Shown here: piece after piece, positions 26,079 to 32,000 of the stretch | Layout: each line of letters opens with the position of its first letter | Numbering within the stretch: position 1 is the stretch's first letter | Source: Alkalilimnicola ehrlichii MLHE-1 | Lineage (GTDB): Bacteria; Pseudomonadota; Gammaproteobacteria; Nitrococcales; Halorhodospiraceae | Assembly (NCBI RefSeq): GCF_000014785.1 | Contig: NC_008340.1 | Span: forward strand, 630,001 to 662,000 | Length of the DNA: 32,000 nucleotides | Direction of reading: 5' to 3' | The notes under the pieces: generated by a model | Database searches by the model: none | The model's input: only the letters and a program-made list of their open reading frames with translations | Told to the model about the DNA's origin: nothing | Program-made: the position numbers and the translations under genes

Positions 26079-27436
26079 GCCGAGACCTCCCGGCCATCCA
26101 GGGCCGCCAGCAGGCGGCCGTGCAGACCGTCGAAGGCGCCGTTGCTCATCACCACCACCCGGTCCCCCGGGCGGGCCTGTTGCCGGATGCGCTGGACCAG
26201 CGCCGGCACGTCCTGCGCCACCTCGGCGGGCGGGGTGAGCCCGGCCAGGGCGTCCGCCACCGACCACTCCAGGCCCTTGCCCTGCAGGGCGAAGACGGCG
26301 TCGGCGGGGGCGAGGGCGGCGGCCAGCCGTTCCCGGTGGATGCCCATGCGCATGGTGTTGGAGCGGGGCTCCAGCACTGCCAGCAATCGCCCCGGGCCGG
26401 GCCGCATGGCCTCCAGGGTGGCGCGGATGGCGGTGGGGTGGTGGGCGAAATCGTCGTACACCCGCACGCCGCCGGCCTCACCCCGCAGCTCCAGGCGCCG
26501 CTTCACGCCGCGGAAGCCGGCCAGTGCGTCGAGCCCGGTGCTCAGTGGGACCCCGACGTGGCGGGCTGCGAGCAATGCGGCGGCGCAGTTGGCCGCGTTG
26601 TGCAGGCCGGGCAGCGGTGGTCGGGCGGTCAGCGGGGTGGCATCCCCGCCGCGCAGCACCATTTCGCCCTGCCCGTTGAGGTCGTAGCGCCAGTCGCAGT
26701 CGGGCCCGGTGCCCAGGCGCAGGGTGGGGGTCCAGCAGCCCTGGCCCAGGGTCTCGGCAACATTGGCCTGATCGCCGTTGGCGATGATCAGGCCGTTGCC
26801 CGGCACGGTGCGCACCAGGTGGTGGAACTGGCGCTGGATGGCGGCCAGGTCGGGGAAGATGTCCGCATGGTCGTACTCGATGTTGTGGATCACCAGGGTG
26901 CGGGGGCGGAAGTGGATGAATTTGGAGCGCTTGTCGAAAAAGGCGCTGTCGTATTCATCCGCCTCGATGACGAAAAACGGCCCGTCGCCGAGGCGGGCCG
27001 AGCGGCCGAAGTTGGTCGGCACCCCGCCCACCAGGAAGCCCGGGTTCAATCCGGCGTACTCCAGGATCCAGGCCAACAGGCTGGCGGTGGTGGTCTTGCC
27101 GTGGGTGCCGGAGACCGCCAGGACCCAGCGGTCGTGGAGGAGGTGCTCGCCCAGCCACTGGGGCCCCGAGGTGTAGCGCAGGCCCTGGTCCAGCACGTAC
27201 TCCACCGCCGGATTACCGCGCGACAGGGCGTTGCCGACAATCACCTGATCGGGGGGCGGTTGCAGGTGTGAGGGGGCATAACCGGCCCGCAGGTCCACGG
27301 CCTGTTCCGCCAGCATGTCGCTCATGGGCGGGTAGATGCCCTGGTCGCTACCGCTCACCACGTGACCGGCCTCCCGCGCCAGCAGGGCCAGGCCCCCCAT
27401 GAAGGTGCCGCAGATGCCCAGGATGTGTAGATGCAT
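26075..27436 (-). CDS. mpl: UDP-N-acetylmuramate:L-alanyl-gamma-D-glutamyl-meso-DAP ligase (murein peptide ligase)
   Basis: The internal ATG 27436 gives [20 protein letters not shown]. Mur ligase P-loop [10 protein letters not shown]. 453 aa. mpl-ubiX adjacency is as in Pseudomonas (from memory). Confidence 0.9.
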   Translation of the reverse strand: MHLHILGICGTFMGGLALLAREAGHVVSGSDQGIYPPMSDMLAEQAVDLRAGYAPSHLQPPPDQVIVGNALSRGNPAVEYVLDQGLRYTSGPQWLGEHLLHDRWVLAVSGTHGKTTTASLLAWILEYAGLNPGFLVGGVPTNFGRSARLGDGPFFVIEADEYDSAFFDKRSKFIHFRPRTLVIHNIEYDHADIFPDLAAIQRQFHHLVRTVPGNGLIIANGDQANVAETLGQGCWTPTLRLGTGPDCDWRYDLNGQGEMVLRGGDATPLTARPPLPGLHNAANCAAALLAARHVGVPLSTGLDALAGFRGVKRRLELRGEAGGVRVYDDFAHHPTAIRATLEAMRPGPGRLLAVLEPRSNTMRMGIHRERLAAALAPADAVFALQGKGLEWSVADALAGLTPPAEVAQDVPALVQRIRQQARPGDRVVVMSNGAFDGLHGRLLAALDGREVSA

Positions 27437-27464
27437 GGTTGCTCCTATCCGGTGCGCACCCGGT

Positions 27465-27971
27465 CTATTGTGCCAGGGCACTGACAATCTGCAGCACAAT
27501 AATCATGTAGACCACCGCGGCCAGCACGCCGAGGCTGCGCCGCACGTCCATCGCCTCAGCAAAGACGTGCCCCAGCACCGCCAGGCGCCAGACCCAAAGG
27601 GTGAGGGCGGCCAGCAGCAGCCCGGCGCCGGCCTCGTCCACCGCAGCCACCTGGAGTTGGATCAGCAGCATGGGCAGACTGAGCAGCAGGTCGGTGCCGA
27701 ACACCGCACTGGCGGTCTGGTTGAAGCGCGGGAGCAGCCCGCGCCAGTAGAGGGCCAGGTAGACAAGCCCCAGGGTCACGATCATAGCCGCCAGCAGTTG
27801 CAGTTCCACCGGGCCCGGTTGCGGCAGGATCCCCGCCGCCAGATAGCCGATGCCGACGCTGCCGGCGATGAGCAGGATCAACAGGTTCCGCGAGGCGGAC
27901 AGCTCGGCGGGACTGGCCCGAAAGACGAGAATGCGCAGCAGTGCACGCAAGTTTTCCACGAGAAAAGGCAT
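27465..27971 (-). CDS. Hypothetical multi-pass membrane protein (family not recognised)
   Basis: 168 aa with about 5 hydrophobic segments and host-like codon usage. It ends 28 bp upstream of mpl on the same strand and is divergent from ppa. Confidence 0.55.
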   Translation of the reverse strand: MPFLVENLRALLRILVFRASPAELSASRNLLILLIAGSVGIGYLAAGILPQPGPVELQLLAAMIVTLGLVYLALYWRGLLPRFNQTASAVFGTDLLLSLPMLLIQLQVAAVDEAGAGLLLAALTLWVWRLAVLGHVFAEAMDVRRSLGVLAAVVYMIIVLQIVSALAQ

Positions 27972-28120
27972 AGTCTTGAGACACGATCCGAATGGCGGTC
28001 AGGCGGGAGCGGCTGGTTTATCCCGCAATGCAGCAAAAGTGAGCCTGATCCTTTATACTCCCCCGTATCCCGCGCCCGGGCAAGGCTCGGGGTCCAGAAA
28101 CAATCACGAGGAGAGCGCAC

Positions 28121-28648
28121 ATGATCCTGGAACGGGTAGGCCCAGGCGAGAAAGCCCCAGAAGAGATCAACGTCATTATCGAGATCCCGTTGCGCGGTGA
28201 GCCGGTAAAGTACGAGGTCGACAAGGACAGCGGTGCCATGTTCGTCGATCGCTTCATGGGCACGGCGATGCACTATCCGTGCAATTACGGCTACATCCCC
28301 AACACCGTGTGTGACGACGGCGATCCGGCCGACGTCCTGGTTATCACCCCCTTTCCGGTCATCACCGGTTCGGTGATCAAGTGCCGCCCCATCGGGGTGC
28401 TCAAGATGACCGACGAGGCGGGCGAGGACGCCAAGGTCCTGGCCGTGCCGGTGGGCAAGCTCACCGCAATGTACGACGACATCAAGGGCCCGGACGACCT
28501 GCCGAAGCTGGTGCTGGATCAAATCAGCCACTTCTTCGAGCACTACAAGGACCTGGAGCCCGGCAAGTGGGTCAAGATCGACGGCTGGGAGGGGGCCGAG
28601 TCCGCGCGGGAGGAGATCCGCGCGTCCATCGAGAACTACCAGGGCTGA
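28121..28648 (+). CDS. ppa: Inorganic pyrophosphatase (family I)
   Basis: [50 protein letters not shown]. 175 aa. GGAGAG RBS. Confidence 0.95.
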   Translation: MILERVGPGEKAPEEINVIIEIPLRGEPVKYEVDKDSGAMFVDRFMGTAMHYPCNYGYIPNTVCDDGDPADVLVITPFPVITGSVIKCRPIGVLKMTDEAGEDAKVLAVPVGKLTAMYDDIKGPDDLPKLVLDQISHFFEHYKDLEPGKWVKIDGWEGAESAREEIRASIENYQG

Positions 28649-28723
28649 GACCGGCATTCAGTACCGGCGGACGGGGGAACTTCGTGTTGTTTCCCCGCTG
28701 TCGGCTTTATTTGCCTGAGGTTT

Positions 28724-28762
28724 AAAAAAAAGTTGCCGAAGTGGGTTGGCCAACTTTATTTT
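28724..28762 (+). terminator. Candidate bidirectional rho-independent terminator downstream of ppa
   Basis: A8-aagttgcc-loop-ggccaactt-TATTTT: an 8-bp stem with one bulge, an A-run 5' and a T-rich run 3'. It lies about 80 nt after the ppa stop. Confidence 0.5.
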
Positions 28763-28870
28763 CGGTCTTACACTAATACCAAGGTCTGTCTCAGGAGATT
28801 GCGATGCCGTCCTCCCGGACGCTATTTGCCCATCCTGACGGCCAGGGTAACGCAGAGTGGTGACAGTCTG

Positions 28871-28899
28871 TTGGACTTGGCATGACAAGTTCGTATACT
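28871..28899 (+). promoter_or_regulatory. Candidate sigma70 promoter (TTGGAC-17-TATACT) driving the orphan ORF and possibly prmA
   Basis: -35 at 28871-28876 and -10 at 28894-28899 with an exact 17-bp spacer, about 75 nt upstream of ATG 28973. Confidence 0.45.
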
Positions 28900-28972
28900 G
28901 CGCCATTCCATTCAAAGACAGGCGACTCGCCGCTGCCCCCGTTAGGGCAGCGACCAGCTAGAGGTGGTGATC

Positions 28973-29299
28973 ATGGCCCGCGCCATGACGGCAGATCAGC
29001 TGCGTAGTGAGAACGAGGCCTTTCGGTGTACCGCCGGCGTCAGCCAGCACAACCGTAAGGAGGGGTTTCGTCCGGCCTTTCTCGACAGTGAGACCGGCGT
29101 GGTCTATCTGTCGCGGAACCGTGACGGCACCCTGGCACCCTTCCACCGCCTGGACGGTTTGCCGGAGGAGCTGGTTTGGCGGCGCGACGAGCACGGTCGC
29201 GTGCTGGCCGTAAAGCCCTCTCTCGTCTCCGGATTCGAGCGCGACGGTCACTTTTTCACCCGTGAGCAGGCCGCCTGTCTGGTCATCGACGCTGGCTGA
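28973..29299 (+). CDS. Hypothetical soluble protein, 108 aa, no recognised family
   Basis: The GAGGTGG RBS (28961-28967) favours ATG 28973 over GTG 28964. There is no hydrophobic segment. The stop lies 8 nt before the prmA start. A competing antisense 97-aa ORF (28958..29251) has no RBS or promoter. Confidence 0.45.
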   Translation: MARAMTADQLRSENEAFRCTAGVSQHNRKEGFRPAFLDSETGVVYLSRNRDGTLAPFHRLDGLPEELVWRRDEHGRVLAVKPSLVSGFERDGHFFTREQAACLVIDAG

Positions 29300-29307
29300 G
29301 TCGCCCT

Positions 29308-30192
29308 GTGCCCCACACGCAGATCACCCTGGACTGTGCGCAGTCGCAAGTGCCCCGTGTAGAGGCCCTGCTGGAAGCGCTTGGCGCCCTCGCCATCACC
29401 CTGAGCGAACCGGACGATGAAGAGATCCTGGAGCCGGGCCCCGGTGAACAGCGTCTCTGGTCCCACCTGCGCCTGACAGCACTGTTCGACGCGGCCACCG
29501 TCGACCCGCTGCGCCTGCAGGCCCGGGTTGCCGAGGTGCTGGGCGCACCCCCCAGGGGCTGGCGGGTGGAGCGGCTCGTGGACCGGGCCTGGGAACGGGC
29601 CTGGATGGACGATTTTCATCCCATGCGCTTCGGTGACCGGCTTTGGGTGGTGCCCTGGGGGCAGACGCCGCCGGCAGCGGAGGCGGTGAATCTGCGCCTG
29701 GACCCGGGGCTGGCCTTCGGCACCGGCACCCACCCCACCACGGCCCTTTGCCTGCGTTGGCTGGACGGCTTGCCGCTGCAGGCGGACACCCGGCTGGTGG
29801 ACTACGGCTGCGGCTCCGGGATCCTGGCGGTGGCCGGCTGCCTGCTGGGTGCCGGCCATTGCACCGCCGTGGACAACGACCCGCAGGCCCGCCAGGCCAC
29901 GGCCGATAATGCCCGCCGTAACGGGGTGGGTGAACGGATTCGGGTCCAGGGCCCCGGCCCGCTGCCCCGGGCGGGGGCGGATGTCCTGGTGGCCAACATC
30001 CTCGCCCGCGTGCTGGTTGCCATGGCGGGGGAGTTGTCGCCCAGTGTCCGGCCGGGAGGCCGTATCGCCCTGTCTGGGATCCTGCGGGGGCAGGTCGACC
30101 AGGTGCGGGCGTGCTATAGTTCCTGGTTCGAAATGGAGCGGCCGGAATACCAGGGGGATTGGGCCCTGTTGGCGGGCACCCGACGGGGGTAA
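29308..30192 (+). CDS. prmA: Ribosomal protein L11 methyltransferase
   Basis: MPHTQITL... (E. coli MPWIQLKL...), WMDDFHPMRFGDRLWVVP, LDPGLAFGTGTHPTTALCLRWLD, VDYGCGSGILA. GTG start. Confidence 0.9.
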   Translation: MPHTQITLDCAQSQVPRVEALLEALGALAITLSEPDDEEILEPGPGEQRLWSHLRLTALFDAATVDPLRLQARVAEVLGAPPRGWRVERLVDRAWERAWMDDFHPMRFGDRLWVVPWGQTPPAAEAVNLRLDPGLAFGTGTHPTTALCLRWLDGLPLQADTRLVDYGCGSGILAVAGCLLGAGHCTAVDNDPQARQATADNARRNGVGERIRVQGPGPLPRAGADVLVANILARVLVAMAGELSPSVRPGGRIALSGILRGQVDQVRACYSSWFEMERPEYQGDWALLAGTRRG

Positions 30193-30195
30193 GCG

Positions 30196-30687
30196 GTGGC
30201 AGCAGCGGGTCGGTCGCGGGGGGCGACATGGCGGTTCGGCGCGGTCATCGCCCTGTTGGTCGGTCTGCTGGTGGTGCAATCGGCCTATCTTTGCCGCGAC
30301 CGATTGTCGCAGGAGCCGCTGGCCAGGCCCTGGCTCGAGGCCGGTTGCGCCGTGGTGGGCTGTGCGCTGCCCCGGTTCTCCGACCCTCGGGCCCTGCAGT
30401 TGCGGGACCGGGTGTTTGAACAGCACCCGCGCCGGCGGGACGTCATCCGCCTGGAGGGGCGCCTGGTCAACACGGCGCCCTTCCGGCAGGATTTCCCGAA
30501 CATACATGTGCGTATCACCGACCTGGATGGCCAGCCTCTGGGGGTGCGGCGGTTCACCGCCACGGACTACCTGCACCCTGCCGTGCCGGGGGGTGCGGGG
30601 CTGGCCCCAGGGCAGGCCGAGCGGTTGCGCCTGGAGATAATGGTGCCAGCGGATCAGGTACCCAGTTTTGAGCTGGGCTTTTATTGA
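30196..30687 (+). CDS. Single-pass membrane protein with a DUF3426-like C-terminal domain (no N-terminal zinc ribbon)
   Basis: One TM helix (WRFGAVIALLVGLLVVQSAY) is followed by a beta-rich domain (LQLRDRVFEQHP...LEGRLVNTAPFRQDFPNIHVRITDLDGQPL...RLRLEI). It sits after prmA, as the DUF3426 genes do in pseudomonads (from memory). The only in-frame start is GTG 30196. Confidence 0.5.
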   Translation: MAAAGRSRGATWRFGAVIALLVGLLVVQSAYLCRDRLSQEPLARPWLEAGCAVVGCALPRFSDPRALQLRDRVFEQHPRRRDVIRLEGRLVNTAPFRQDFPNIHVRITDLDGQPLGVRRFTATDYLHPAVPGGAGLAPGQAERLRLEIMVPADQVPSFELGFY

Positions 30688-30784
30688 GGCGGGACCCGTC
30701 GTGCCCTGCACGATCGGGCCGCGCTTGCATTGGCCGACGAACCGCAGGAAACTTTGCAGCCTTTCCTCGTGACGAAAGCGCCCT

Positions 30785-31072
30785 ATGGAACAACAGTCAC
30801 CTGCCAAAACAACGAACTCCTCCACAGGCGCGCACGGTAACAGCGCGATTGCGCCGCTGCGCGAGGCCGTATCCGAAGCCCTGGGTCAGTACTTCCAGCA
30901 GCTCAACGGACACGACTGCTACGGCCTCCACCAGTTGGTGATGCGTGAGGTGGAGGTGCCCCTGATCCAGGCCGCGATGGACTACGCCGACGGCAACCAG
31001 ACACGCGCGGCCCAGCTCCTGGGCATCAATCGGGGTACCCTGCGCCGCAAGCTGCGCGAATACCAGCTGTAA
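30785..31072 (+). CDS. fis: Fis family nucleoid-associated DNA-binding protein
   Basis: [21 protein letters not shown]...[38 protein letters not shown] is colinear with E. coli Fis (...[24 protein letters not shown]). Confidence 0.9.
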   Translation: MEQQSPAKTTNSSTGAHGNSAIAPLREAVSEALGQYFQQLNGHDCYGLHQLVMREVEVPLIQAAMDYADGNQTRAAQLLGINRGTLRRKLREYQL

Positions 31073-31107
31073 CCCCACGGCCCCACCCAACCAGAAGGAC
31101 AGCTCCC

Positions 31108-32000
<893 letters not shown>

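Noticed and set aside
28877-28892. A sigma54-like TGGCAT-N5 sequence upstream of the orphan ORF.
   Set aside because: The -12 element reads GTTC rather than TTGC, so there is no GC dinucleotide at the required spacing. The same bases form the 17-bp spacer of a much better sigma70 promoter (TTGGAC/TATACT).
28658-28915. 85-aa minus-strand ORF in the ppa/orphan-ORF intergenic region, and the idea of a minus-strand sRNA ending at the T8 run.
   Set aside because: The ORF would read straight through the hairpin/T-run and has no RBS. I could not find a credible minus-strand promoter between 28770 and 28960. The hairpin is adequately explained as the ppa terminator, which has bidirectional geometry.

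Overview
High-GC (about two-thirds G+C by eye) gammaproteobacterial core chromosome, densely packed with housekeeping genes on both strands. Gene order: rnr(5'-partial)-rlmB | rpsF-priB-rpsR-membrane protein-rplI | dnaB-alr-radA | repeat block | PilZ<-folD (minus) | tRNA operon Pro-Arg-His-Lys | lgt (minus) | two tandem porin paralogs | grxD, der, pyrC, cbiX (minus) | DUF488 and hemerythrin-only RIC-like gene | argG | LON-N-domain<-ubiX<-mpl<-membrane protein (minus) | ppa | orphan small ORF-prmA-DUF3426-like-fis-purH(3'-partial). I saw no defence island, prophage, transposase or CRISPR array. The clearest non-ordinary content is: (1) dnaB is interrupted by two full-length LAGLIDADG inteins, one in the Walker A loop and one in the DLRE|SGxIEQDAD motif, and the first carries an extra XRE-type helix-turn-helix insertion; (2) an 89-bp palindromic repeat family has two near-identical inverted copies 3 kb apart, and at the radA/PilZ convergent gap each half-arm is tandemly amplified (28-bp and 29-bp units); (3) an orphan 108-aa ORF with a near-consensus promoter sits in front of prmA, and fis has no dusB upstream. 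The many long ORFs antisense to real genes are GC-driven artefacts. The lineage guess (haloalkaliphilic Ectothiorhodospiraceae-like organism) is inference from GC content, synteny and the double-intein DnaB, and is unverified. All family calls rest on motifs read by eye, with no database search.
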